64,000 nucleotides of DNA from contig DASZAB010000025.1 in the NCBI GenBank assembly GCA_035945675.1, positions 1,108-65,107 on the forward strand. Direction: 5' to 3'. This DNA comes from Verrucomicrobiia bacterium (lineage in GTDB: Bacteria > Verrucomicrobiota > Verrucomicrobiia > Limisphaerales > UBA11358). The position numbers and the translations under genes are program-made. Under the pieces are notes generated by a model, which saw only the letters and a list, made by a program, of their open reading frames with translations, ran no database searches and was not told where the DNA came from. Positions 55,538 to 64,000 of this stretch are shown in pieces (position 1 is the stretch's first letter; the number at the start of each line of letters is the position of its first letter).

Positions 55538-55906
55538 TTAAAATTTGCCGGGGTTGGACCTGGTTGGTTTGGTTGCAGCAGGTTGTCTGGCGGGAACGAA
55601 AAGCAGTACCGTCCAGTTGCGGGTCCACCACGATCCGGAACGCCCCAGCGCATTGAGGCTTTTCAACCAGCGGGTTTGCAGGCGCAGGCTCCAGAGCCAC
55701 CGCCGCGGCCGGGTCATTTCCTCCAGCAATCGCTCGCGCAACGCGATGCAATCCCGCTTTGTTCGTTCGTGTTGTCGAACCAGCTCAATCATTTGCTTCT
55801 GCAGTTCAATCAGCCGCCGGTACGGTTCCAAATCATCGGCCACGGGTTTTGCGAATTGAATTTCCGCTTCGCCTTGAGACCTCATGCCTTGAATCCCTTG
55901 AGTCAT
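55538..55906 (-). CDS. Hypothetical protein between sucC and sucD
   Basis: 122 aa, with an ATGA overlap with the sucC stop. Helical N-terminal half and a Trp/Arg-rich C-terminal half. No homology recognised, so its coding status is uncertain. Confidence 0.4.
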   Translation of the reverse strand: MTQGIQGMRSQGEAEIQFAKPVADDLEPYRRLIELQKQMIELVRQHERTKRDCIALRERLLEEMTRPRRWLWSLRLQTRWLKSLNALGRSGSWWTRNWTVLLFVPARQPAATKPTRSNPGKF

Positions 55907-57114
55907 GGGTTGCCCGTCACCGCCTTTGCCACCTTTTGGGCCGCTTCGGCCATCGAATCCCCGGCGATGAGTTTTAAGCCGGATTCCGCCAGCGTTTTTT
56001 TGCCGGCTGCGACATTATTGCCCTCGAGGCGGACGACCAGCGGAATATTCAAATGTGTTTCCTTGACCGCCGCGACGATGCCGGTGGCGATGACATTGCA
56101 GTCCATGATCCCGCCGAAAATGTTCACCAGGATGCCCTTGACGTGCGGGTCCTGCAGAATGATTTTGAACGCGGCCGTCACCTGTTCCTTGCTCGCGCCG
56201 CCGCCCACATCAAGAAAATTTGCCGGCAATCCGCCGTAATGCTGGATGATGTCCATGGTCGCCATCGCGAGGCCGGCGCCGTTGACCAGGCAGGCAATGT
56301 TGCCGTCGAGCTTGATGTAATTCAGGTTGAACTTGCTGGCCTCAATTTCCAGCGGCGCTTCCTCATTCAAATCGCGCATGCCCTGAATGTCCGCGTGCCG
56401 GTAAAGCGCGTTGTCGTCGAGCGAAATCTTGGCGTCGAGCGCCACCACCGCTTCCTTGCCGCCCGGTGCTTCCACGATGCACATGGGATTGATTTCTACC
56501 AGCGACGCGTCGCATTCCCACCAGGTTCGGAAAACACCCGTCACAAATTTCACGCCGGCGTTGAACGCGTCGCCTTTGAGCCCCAGGGCGGCGGCAATTT
56601 TGCGCGCCTGGAACGGCATGATGCCGACGGCGGGATCGATCCATTCCTTGAAAATTTTCTCGGGCGTTTTGGCGGCAACTTCCTCGATGTCCATGCCGCC
56701 CTCGGTGCTGGCCATGATCAGCGGGCGGCCTGCGGCACGGTCGAGCAGCACCGCGAGGTAGAATTCTTTTTTGATTTTTGCGCCGCTGGCGAGCAGCAGT
56801 GTCTGCACCCGGCGGCCGTCCGGACCGGTTTGTTTGGTGATCAGAACGTTGCCAAGCATTTTCCCGGCAAGCGAAACCGCTTCGTCCACCGTCGCCGCCG
56901 CCTTGACCCCGCCTTGAAAGCCGCTGGTGAAAATGCCTTTGCCGCGTCCGCCGGCGTGGATTTGCGATTTGACGACCACCCGCGCGCTGCCGCCGGAGAA
57001 AATCTTCTCCGCGGCCGCGCGGACTTCCTCGAGGTTCCGGGCGGGGATCTCCAGCGGAACGGCGACCCCGTTTTGGGCGAGCAACTGTTTGGCCTGATAC
57101 TCGTGAATGTTCAT
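55903..57114 (-). CDS. sucC: Succinate--CoA ligase subunit beta
   Basis: [15 protein letters not shown]-grasp region [14 protein letters not shown], and [15 protein letters not shown] at the C-terminus. Confidence 0.95.
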   Translation of the reverse strand: MNIHEYQAKQLLAQNGVAVPLEIPARNLEEVRAAAEKIFSGGSARVVVKSQIHAGGRGKGIFTSGFQGGVKAAATVDEAVSLAGKMLGNVLITKQTGPDGRRVQTLLLASGAKIKKEFYLAVLLDRAAGRPLIMASTEGGMDIEEVAAKTPEKIFKEWIDPAVGIMPFQARKIAAALGLKGDAFNAGVKFVTGVFRTWWECDASLVEINPMCIVEAPGGKEAVVALDAKISLDDNALYRHADIQGMRDLNEEAPLEIEASKFNLNYIKLDGNIACLVNGAGLAMATMDIIQHYGGLPANFLDVGGGASKEQVTAAFKIILQDPHVKGILVNIFGGIMDCNVIATGIVAAVKETHLNIPLVVRLEGNNVAAGKKTLAESGLKLIAGDSMAEAAQKVAKAVTGNP

Positions 57115-57245
57115 GTCCTGATAAAACCCGCCGCATTGAACGGGGATTGGCGCCGGAAATCAAACTTTTAAGCAAATTGTCGGAAGTTGGGTTTCAACCT
57201 GTCAGGCGATTGAAAACCGGGCGGAAAATTCAAAATCCCGGGATG

Positions 57246-58097
57246 CTATTTTTTGACAACCAGGGTCTGGTTCAACCAGTCCGCCAGCTTTTGCTGCCAG
57301 GCGGGGTCAAATTTTTTCCAGTCGGCAATGCGATGACCGGGGCCTTTCAGGAAATAAAGCTCATACGGCACACCCTTTTCCTTGAGCCGGGCTGCGAAAT
57401 TGCGGGTTAAAGACGGAAGCACGGTCTTGTCCGAGTCGCCTTGCATGAGTAAAAACGGCGGCAGGCCGGATTCGACGTGGTTGATGGGCGACATTTGCCG
57501 GAGCAATTTCAAGGTTTCATCGTCCAGGGAGTCGCGGCCCAAAAGGTTTCGCATGGAAGGCCATTTCTCCAGGCTGCCGCGGTGTTGTGCGTCGGCCGCC
57601 AGATCGGTCGGTGGCGCCAGGCCCACGACGGCTTGGACGCGCGTGTCGGGCCTGGCCAGGGTGGCGGCCAGGCAGGCCAGATGCCCGCCCGCTGAATAAC
57701 CCAGCAGGGCAATGTGATCCGGGTCGCCCTTGTATTCGCCCGCGTGGGCCTTCACCCAGCGGATTGCGGCCTGCACATCGTCAAAACCGTCGGGCCATTG
57801 ATTGGCGGGGGCCAGGCGGTAATCAATTGAAAACCAGGTAAAATGATTGGCGGTCAACGCCTTCAGAGCAGGTGCGAAATCTCCTTTGCCACTTTTATTG
57901 CCGGTGCACCAGCCGCCGCCGTGGATGGCGATGACGACCGGGAAGGGCCCGGTGCCATCGGGCACATTCGCGTCGAGCAGCAAAGCATGGTTCCCCGCCT
58001 TGCCATATTCGATGTTGGTTTTAAGTGCGGCGCTGGCGACATTCGCGAACAAGGTCGCGGTCAGAAAAATCTCAATCACTGATCGGCAGTGGTTCAT
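57246..58097 (-). CDS. Secreted alpha/beta-hydrolase (esterase/lipase, hormone-sensitive-lipase-like)
   Basis: Oxyanion HGGGW, the nucleophile elbow GYSAGGH, and a late D...H. The start is set at ATG 58097 (signal-like MNHCRSVIEIFLTATLFANVASA). Confidence 0.8.
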   Translation of the reverse strand: MNHCRSVIEIFLTATLFANVASAALKTNIEYGKAGNHALLLDANVPDGTGPFPVVIAIHGGGWCTGNKSGKGDFAPALKALTANHFTWFSIDYRLAPANQWPDGFDDVQAAIRWVKAHAGEYKGDPDHIALLGYSAGGHLACLAATLARPDTRVQAVVGLAPPTDLAADAQHRGSLEKWPSMRNLLGRDSLDDETLKLLRQMSPINHVESGLPPFLLMQGDSDKTVLPSLTRNFAARLKEKGVPYELYFLKGPGHRIADWKKFDPAWQQKLADWLNQTLVVKK

Positions 58098-58110
58098 TTT
58101 GCCGCTTTCG

Positions 58111-58198
58111 GTGGGGCGAGCGTCCCCGCGAGCCGGGCTCGATGCGTCAAATCCCGCGTCCGCGGGAGGCGACGGCTCGTCAGTAGCCTCGCCCCACC
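58111..58198. repeat. 88-nt nested GC-rich palindromic element
   Basis: The outer arms are ggtggggcgag ... ctcgccccacc. The inner palindromes are gagcc-g-ggctc and tcccgcg-tc-cgcggga. Confidence 0.55.
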
Positions 58199-58221
58199 AA
58201 ACTGTGCCAATGCCGGCTGGT

Positions 58222-59274
58222 TCATGGTTTTGGGTCGGAAACGTCGTTGGTGGAAAGGGGGTTAAAATTCTTAGCGGGAAATTGGGCGAGGACGGATTGG
58301 GGATTCCAATCATCGGAACCACCCAGGACTTTTTCCACCGTGATGGCTGCGGCCTGACGGTCGGTCAGTGGACGCGCCCATTTTACCCGCGCCTGCGGAT
58401 TCGCGCCGGGGCCGGTGCTGTTGAATTCGGCATAGCGCGCCGTCTTTTCACGCGCCGGATCCCGCCAATTATCCCAACCCACGGGCCGAACGACGCCGGA
58501 CATTTCCGTGTTCAGGAACGTGACGCTCGCATAGGCCCGCCACGGCCGGCCCAGATAGGTCTTCACGTCCGGATTTTCACCCGCGATTTGACAATGCGAA
58601 AAAACATAGCCGAACGGATGGTCCGTGGGCGTCGAGGCGGCGGTGATGTAACCATTTCCCAGACAATGGATGTGGCAACGCTCGTAAAATTCCGTGGCAC
58701 CGCCAAAAATAAAGTCCACCGCGCCGGCAATATAACAATTCTCGTAATAATGCCGCCCCCGGTCGCAGAATATCGTGTCCTGCCATCCGAGAAACCGGCA
58801 GTTGTCGAAAATGATGCGGTCGCCATCCAGTCGCACGGCCAGGGCCTGACCCTTGGGACCGGCAGAATTCTGGAACGTGAGGTTCTCCGCCACAAAATCG
58901 TCTGCGTCAATCACCGTTGAAGGCGTACGGAAGGTGCCGATGGGCTTGCCGTCCGGGCCGGGCAGATTTGCATGCAAATCGTAGGTCAACACCGTCCGCT
59001 CCGGGTCCTCGCCCACCAGACGGACGAAATGCTTTTCACGTTGGACGTAAATCAGCCCTTTATAAACGCCGGGCTTGATAAGAATCACGCACCAGTTGGC
59101 CGGGCTGGTGTTTTGCGGTGCGGCATCGATCGCGGCCTGCACGTTGGTGAACTGTCCGCTGCCGTCGGCCGCCACGACCAGTTCCGTTTTTGCCTCCGCG
59201 CCCGGGACCGTGAAGGGGAGCAGAGCCAGCGTGAGGTTCATGACCCCCTGGACTGAAAATAATGTCGGTTTCAT
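58222..59274 (-). CDS. Pectinesterase (carbohydrate esterase family 8)
   Basis: VAADGSGQFTNVQAAIDAAP, QALAVRLDGDR, GWQDT, and the AVDFIFG catalytic Asp region. The start is set at ATG 59274; ATG 59241 is an alternative. Confidence 0.85.
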   Translation of the reverse strand: MKPTLFSVQGVMNLTLALLPFTVPGAEAKTELVVAADGSGQFTNVQAAIDAAPQNTSPANWCVILIKPGVYKGLIYVQREKHFVRLVGEDPERTVLTYDLHANLPGPDGKPIGTFRTPSTVIDADDFVAENLTFQNSAGPKGQALAVRLDGDRIIFDNCRFLGWQDTIFCDRGRHYYENCYIAGAVDFIFGGATEFYERCHIHCLGNGYITAASTPTDHPFGYVFSHCQIAGENPDVKTYLGRPWRAYASVTFLNTEMSGVVRPVGWDNWRDPAREKTARYAEFNSTGPGANPQARVKWARPLTDRQAAAITVEKVLGGSDDWNPQSVLAQFPAKNFNPLSTNDVSDPKP

Positions 59275-59377
59275 GTTGATGGGTCCGCTGGGGCGCGAAT
59301 GTGACGGGACCGCAAACCATTTGTCAAAATCATATTTCGCTTGAGCCGGAAGACGCTGGATTGCAGATTGCGTCATC

Positions 59378-60481
59378 GTGAGATTTTTTCTCGCCTCATT
59401 TTTTTTGGGCTGTGGGTTGATGCTGATCCAGGCCACACCGCACCGGTCGGAGGCCTTCCGCTTCAACGGCCAGGTTTATGTGCCCATCGGGGACTGGGCA
59501 CGCGCGAATGGTTTGCATTGCGCCTGGTTGAAGCACGGTGATGAACTGGTCGCCACGAACCGGAGCACCCGCCTGGTTTTTGACGTGGATTCGCATTACG
59601 TGGGAATCAACGGCGTCCAGGTGGCCCTGTCGTTTCCCGTGGCGAATCAAAAGGGTGTGGTCCTGGTTGCGCAATTCGATCTCGACGCGGCCATCCGCCC
59701 GCTGCTGTTTCCGTCGCGGTACATTAAACCGACTGCCATCCGAACGATCTGTCTCGATCCCGGCCACGGCGGCAGGGACATCGGCAATCATGTGAGTTGG
59801 CATTACGAAAAAGTGTACACGCTGGCGCTGGCCGGGGAATTACGCAACCAGCTCAAAAAGGCCGGCTTCAATGTCATTCTGACACGCACCCGGGACACGT
59901 ACGTCGAATTATCCGACCGGCCCGCGTTGGCGAACCAACGCGACGCGGATCTGTTTGTGAGTCTGCATTTCAACGCGACGCCAACCGGCAAAAGCGAAGT
60001 CGAAGGGCCGCAAACGTACTGCATCACGCCCGTCGGGGCCAGTTCGACCGACGCCCAGGGCGAGGGGAGCAATCACGGGCCGACCCCGGCCAATCGCCAG
60101 GAGGACGAAAGCCTGCTGTTCGCGTATCAAATCCAGAAAGCGCTCGTACAAAATTTGGGTGCGAATGACCGGGGCGTGCGGCGTGCCCGTTTCGCCGTGT
60201 TGCGCGACGCCCGGATGCCGGCGATTTTGATCGAAGGCGGTTACATGACGCATCCGTACGAGAGCAGAAAAATCTACAGTTCCGCCTATCGCCGGCAAAT
60301 GGCGCAGGCGATTGTCAAAGGCATCCTGGCCTACCAAAAGCTGACGTTGCCGCCGCCTCCGGCCGTTTCACCTGCGATAAACCATCATCCGACAAAGCCC
60401 GTCGGTAAATCTTCCGCCAAACGTCCATCGCCGGGGAGAAAACACCCCTCGGTGAAATCCGCGGCGCAAGCCGGGTTTTGA
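59378..60481 (+). CDS. N-acetylmuramoyl-L-alanine amidase (Amidase_3)
   Basis: ICLDPGHGGRDIG, ADLFVSLHFNA, and PAILIEGGYMTH. N-terminal targeting domain and a basic C-terminal tail. GTG start. Confidence 0.85.
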   Translation: MRFFLASFFLGCGLMLIQATPHRSEAFRFNGQVYVPIGDWARANGLHCAWLKHGDELVATNRSTRLVFDVDSHYVGINGVQVALSFPVANQKGVVLVAQFDLDAAIRPLLFPSRYIKPTAIRTICLDPGHGGRDIGNHVSWHYEKVYTLALAGELRNQLKKAGFNVILTRTRDTYVELSDRPALANQRDADLFVSLHFNATPTGKSEVEGPQTYCITPVGASSTDAQGEGSNHGPTPANRQEDESLLFAYQIQKALVQNLGANDRGVRRARFAVLRDARMPAILIEGGYMTHPYESRKIYSSAYRRQMAQAIVKGILAYQKLTLPPPPAVSPAINHHPTKPVGKSSAKRPSPGRKHPSVKSAAQAGF

Positions 60482-60611
60482 AAAACAGGCCTGTCCGGGA
60501 GAAGTCCAAGCAGGTCCGCCAAGGCGCAGGAGTTTTGCATTCCCGGCGGGGAGGAAAATTTGTGACGGGTTCTGCTTGGCAAACGGGCCGTTCGTGGCTT
60601 AGCTGGTCGCC

Positions 60612-61157
60612 GTGAGCATTGTGACCAGGACCGGCGACCAGGGCACGACGGCGTTGATGTATGGCCGGCGCGTTCCCAAAAATCACCCGCGCGTCGAGGC
60701 TTACGGCACGGTGGACGAGTTGAACGCCGCGCTGGGTCTGGCCCGCGCGACGGCCGGGCAGGATTTTGTCCGTGAAAATCTGCTGGCAATTCAAAAAGAC
60801 CTCGTGGTGTTGATGGGGGAGCTGGCGGTGTTGCCGCAGGACCTGCCGCGTTATGTGAAGGACGGTTATGCGGCGGTTACGCGCGGAATGACGGCAAAAC
60901 TCGAGGCGCGGGTCCGGGAAATCGAGGCGCAAAACATCAGTTTTAAGGGCTGGGCGACGCCGGGCGCGACACTGAATTCCGCCGCCTTGGATGTGGCGCG
61001 AACGGTTTGCCGCCGGGCCGAACGGCGCGTCTGCGCGTTGCAGGAACCAGACGAACTGAAAAACGCTGAAATAATCGTTTACCTTAACCGCCTTTCCGAC
61101 CTGCTGTGGCTGATGGCGCGTTGGGCGGAAACAAAGGGAAATCCGGCAAAAAGCTGA
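60612..61157 (+). CDS. ATP:cob(I)alamin adenosyltransferase, PduO type
   Basis: TRTGDQGTTALMYG.RV.K.HPRVEAYGTVDELNAALG is the family signature. GTG start. Confidence 0.85.
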   Translation: MSIVTRTGDQGTTALMYGRRVPKNHPRVEAYGTVDELNAALGLARATAGQDFVRENLLAIQKDLVVLMGELAVLPQDLPRYVKDGYAAVTRGMTAKLEARVREIEAQNISFKGWATPGATLNSAALDVARTVCRRAERRVCALQEPDELKNAEIIVYLNRLSDLLWLMARWAETKGNPAKS

Positions 61158-61160
61158 GTT

Positions 61161-61871
61161 TCACCCCTTGCGGAAGACGGTGAACAACTCGCCGCTGTTC
61201 TGGTGGATGGATTTGAGTTTAAACCGTTCGGCCTTGGCCAGACGTTTCAATCCACGGCCGTCTGCAATTGTCGGTGCGCGGCGGCCGCCAAACACTTTCG
61301 GCGAGATGGTGAGGTGAAGCTCATCCACCAGGCCCGCGCGGAACAGGGCCTCATTCAATTCGCCGCCGCCTTCGCAGAGCAATCGTTTCACCCGCCATTG
61401 CAGCCGCAACCACCGCAGCGCGGCCCTGAAATTGATTTCTGTCCGGCCGCATATTTTCACCACGTCAGCCAGCGCCTGCAGCTGCTTGAGCCGGCCTTGG
61501 TTGGCGCGGCGGGTGGTGAGGATAAGGATGGGCGAGAACCGATGCTGGAACACCTTCGCGCGGGGATTGACCGAACCGGAACGGCTGACAATCACGCGCA
61601 AATTAAATTCCGCCAGGCCGCGTTTGAGCCGCTGCCGCCGGAACTTTACCGGGCCGGGGCCGAGGTTGATGGGCGCGGAATCCACCGTGCGGGCGCCGGC
61701 CATCACTCCATCGGCCGTCGCCCGCAATTCGAGCAGGTGCTCATGATCCTGCGCGCTGGTGAACGACGACGCTGCGCGATTGCCCGTCGCAATTTTCCCG
61801 TCCGCCGTCATGGCCATGTTGACCAGCACGAAAGGCAATTTCGGTCTTTTGGATTTCGATTTTGAGTTCAT
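61161..61871 (-). CDS. RibD C-terminal-domain reductase (diaminohydroxyphosphoribosylaminopyrimidine reductase-like)
   Basis: PFVLVNMAMTADGKIA ... DHEHLLELRATADGVMAGARTV ... LLCEGGGELN. Confidence 0.8.
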   Translation of the reverse strand: MNSKSKSKRPKLPFVLVNMAMTADGKIATGNRAASSFTSAQDHEHLLELRATADGVMAGARTVDSAPINLGPGPVKFRRQRLKRGLAEFNLRVIVSRSGSVNPRAKVFQHRFSPILILTTRRANQGRLKQLQALADVVKICGRTEINFRAALRWLRLQWRVKRLLCEGGGELNEALFRAGLVDELHLTISPKVFGGRRAPTIADGRGLKRLAKAERFKLKSIHQNSGELFTVFRKG

Positions 61872-61909
61872 CGGCGCTTCAACTATTGGCTCAAAAACTG
61901 AAACAAAAC

Positions 61910-62986
61910 TTAAAGAATAAGCATGGCGTCGCCATAACTGTAAAAACGGTAACGTTCACGGATGGCTTCCGCATACACCGACAAAATCATTTCGCGTCCC
62001 CGTATTTCACCAGGCGCGGCGAAGGCGCTCACGAGCATCAGCAGGGTTGAGCGCGGCAGATGAAAGTTGGTCAGCAACCCGTCCACGATCTGAAACCGGA
62101 ATGGCGGATGTATGAAAATGCGCGTTTTTCCTGCGTTTTTTACGATTTTTCCGCCATTTTGCGCCGCAACACTTTCCAGCACGCGCACGGTGGTCGTGCC
62201 GACGGCCAGGACGCGCCGTCCGGCAACCTTCGCTTCGTTCACCGCGTCCGCGGCGGCTTCATCCAGGGTAAAGCGTTCCTCGTGCATTCGATGCGCGGCA
62301 AGAACCTCGGTATGAACTGGCAGAAAGGTTCCGGCACCAACATGCAGCGTGACGAAACAAACCTGCACGCCCCGGTCGCGGATCTGTTGCAGCAATTCCG
62401 GCGTAAAGTGAAGTCCCGCGGTGGGTGCGGCCACCGAGCCATCGGCCCGGGCAAAGACGGTTTGATAACGCTCCCGGTCCTCGCGCATGTCGCCTGCGCT
62501 CGTTCGCCGGATGTACGGCGGCAGGGGGACTTTGCCGAGCCGTTCGAGTTCGCGGCGGAGGTCCGGCGAGCCGGAGAATTGCAGCCGCCGATGGCCTTCC
62601 TCGTTGGTTTCGAGAACCACGGCGTGGAGGTTGGCGGCGTTGCCATTTGCGTCGCGGAGAACGATTTGCGTGCCGACGCGGGCGCGTTTGGCGGGACGCA
62701 ACATTGCCCACCAGTCATTTCCGGCATTTTCCTCCAGCAACAAAATTTCAAATTGGCCGCCGGAACGCGCGTTCCGGCCGCGCAGCCGCGCCGGAATGAC
62801 ACGCGAGTTATTCAACACCAACAGGTCCCCCGCGCGCAGGAATTCCAGGACGTCACGAAATCCCCGGTGTTCGACCTGCCCATTCCCGCGGTGCAACACC
62901 AACAGCCGTGATTCATCACGCCGGGGTGCGGGATGTTGCGCGATCCGTTCGGGTGGCAGGACAAAATCAAAATCAGCAGTTCGCAT
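61910..62986 (-). CDS. queA: S-adenosylmethionine:tRNA ribosyltransferase-isomerase
   Basis: MRTADFDFVLPPERIAQHPA, SRLLVL, NNSRVIPARL, PLPPYI, VAAPTAGLHFT, LHVGAGTF and VGTT..R.LES. Confidence 0.95.
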   Translation of the reverse strand: MRTADFDFVLPPERIAQHPAPRRDESRLLVLHRGNGQVEHRGFRDVLEFLRAGDLLVLNNSRVIPARLRGRNARSGGQFEILLLEENAGNDWWAMLRPAKRARVGTQIVLRDANGNAANLHAVVLETNEEGHRRLQFSGSPDLRRELERLGKVPLPPYIRRTSAGDMREDRERYQTVFARADGSVAAPTAGLHFTPELLQQIRDRGVQVCFVTLHVGAGTFLPVHTEVLAAHRMHEERFTLDEAAADAVNEAKVAGRRVLAVGTTTVRVLESVAAQNGGKIVKNAGKTRIFIHPPFRFQIVDGLLTNFHLPRSTLLMLVSAFAAPGEIRGREMILSVYAEAIRERYRFYSYGDAMLIL

Positions 62987-63108
62987 CGGGACTGAAACAT
63001 AACAAGACCAGGACAAAGAAAACAGGATGACAATTTTCACCTGGATTCGGTCAAAATCAGGCTGTGAATAACTTCTGAATAACCCCAAAAATTTTAGGTG
63101 AATTTGTG

Positions 63109-63170
63109 TTGACTTGGGTGGGGTAAAGTGGTTAGAAATGGGTCGTTGTGGGAAGAAGTGGTCGTTTGGG
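63109..63170 (+). promoter_or_regulatory. mraZ promoter region with a phased TGG(G) box array (candidate MraZ operator)
   Basis: TTGACT at 63109-63114. TGG starts at 63115, 63119, 63129, 63139, 63149, 63159 and 63167. Five of them fall on an exact 10-bp register (TGGGG, TGGT, TGGGT, TGGGA, TGGT). Confidence 0.55.
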
Positions 63171-63186
63171 TTTTCGTTGCGAATAA

Positions 63187-63651
63187 ATGGGCAGCGCAAA
63201 AAACATAGAGCCGTCTTATTACAATTCGCGCTTTCGTCATGGCGTGGATGAGAAAAGACGTGTGCAAATCCCGGCCAAGTGGCGGCCGCAAAAGGCGGCG
63301 GCGGAGTTGACGCTCATCCTCTGGCCGCGGGAGGGGGTCGGGGCGTGCGTGCGCGTCCTGCCTCCGTCGCAGATGGCGAAGTTGATGCAGTCCATCGACG
63401 CCATGCCGAACAACGACCCGAAAAAGGTCGTGCTCAAACGCATCATCGGCAGTGATTCGGCGCAGGCGAGCGTGGACAAGGCCGGAAGGATCTGCCTCCC
63501 CGACGAAATGGCCCGCGGAGCGGGCATTAAAAACGATGCGGTGCTGGTCGGGTTGCTGGACCGCTTTGAGATTTGGAATCCGGAACGTTATGAAAAGGTT
63601 CAGGCGGCCGACGCCGCGTTGGCGCCCGATGCCTTCAAACTGATGGAATAA
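63187..63651 (+). CDS. mraZ: Transcriptional regulator MraZ
   Basis: Two SpoVT/AbrB-like halves: D.KRRVQIPAKWR and DKAGRICLPDEMARGAGI. FEIWNPERY at the C-terminus. Confidence 0.9.
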   Translation: MGSAKNIEPSYYNSRFRHGVDEKRRVQIPAKWRPQKAAAELTLILWPREGVGACVRVLPPSQMAKLMQSIDAMPNNDPKKVVLKRIIGSDSAQASVDKAGRICLPDEMARGAGIKNDAVLVGLLDRFEIWNPERYEKVQAADAALAPDAFKLME

Positions 63652-63656
63652 AAACT

Positions 63657-64000
63657 ATGAATCTTGGAAAATTATTGGCGGCCGGAAAAAGCATCATCGG
63701 TGGCGGCGGGGAGATCTCCTATCGCATCAGCGACCGCGTCTATCTGCCAAAATTCATTTCACCGAAAAATCCGTTTGCCTCCGCCGTCAAGGCGGAGCCC
63801 GCGCCGAAGGCGGAAGCGGCGCCGGCGCCGACGCCAGGCGTGGTGCCGGCCAAAAAGGAGCTGGCGTTTGATGGGACCCGGACCCGAAAACTGCCCACTT
63901 TTCCGGCGGCCCGGTTCCGGAAAAAAACCTGGTTCAGCCGATTCAATCCAATTTCATTCTGGCGCGGCTCCCACACCCCGGCGCCACAAAAAGCGCAACG
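63657..64000 (+). CDS. Hypothetical Pro/Ala-rich protein; 3' end runs off the window
   Basis: The ATG at 63657 is 5 nt after the mraZ stop, and the frame stays open to the window end (MNLGKLLAAGKSIIGGGG...KAEPAPKAEAAPAPTPG...). It is not in the ORF track because it has no stop in the window. It is not RsmH-like. Confidence 0.4.
   Translation, partial: MNLGKLLAAGKSIIGGGGEISYRISDRVYLPKFISPKNPFASAVKAEPAPKAEAAPAPTPGVVPAKKELAFDGTRTRKLPTFPAARFRKKTWFSRFNPISFWRGSHTPAPQKAQ

Noticed and set aside
63740-63976. 78-aa minus-strand ORF near the window end
   Set aside because: It lies antisense to the open plus-strand frame that starts 5 nt after mraZ and runs to the window end. It is Ala/Gly-rich shadow sequence.

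Overview
This is a high-GC 64-kb chromosomal window (about 60 % G+C by eye, not computed), densely coding on both strands. The gene content includes a PEP-CTERM protein, a PSCyt1-type cytochrome c, an outer-membrane phospholipase A and an MGDG-synthase-like GT28. Short tandem arrays translate as IYDLRFTIY, SEVGGQRSE and FKIQNSKFKIQ. Together these suggest a diderm of the PVC superphylum, probably Verrucomicrobiota, but that is inference only. Most of the window is housekeeping: apt, a sigma-70 factor, sppA, clpB, dnaG, tyrA-aroA-cmk-plsC, tmk, cysS, gltA, sucC/sucD, queA, mraZ and one tRNA-Arg(UCU). I recognised no rRNA, CRISPR array, transposase or integrase. Five things stand out. (1) At 2.0-6.9 kb there is a compact four-gene module: two WXG100-like small proteins, a helical partner and a 1300-aa membrane-anchored FtsK/SpoIIIE ATPase. 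This is a minimal type-VII-secretion-like module in an apparent diderm. (2) A textbook SAM-I riboswitch (12.84-12.96 kb, minus strand) precedes a thrC-like / ThiS-MoaD-like / NIL-domain operon, which argues for sulfur-carrier-dependent homocysteine/methionine synthesis rather than threonine synthesis. (3) A lower-GC three-gene block of surface or secreted proteins lies next to the tRNA. (4) Several families of short palindromic and four-unit tandem repeats occur, some inserted in frame in essential genes (cysS, clpB, dnaG, a cbiX-like gene). (5) A 10-bp-phased TGG(G) box array sits in front of mraZ. All homology statements rest on motif recognition by eye; no database search was run.
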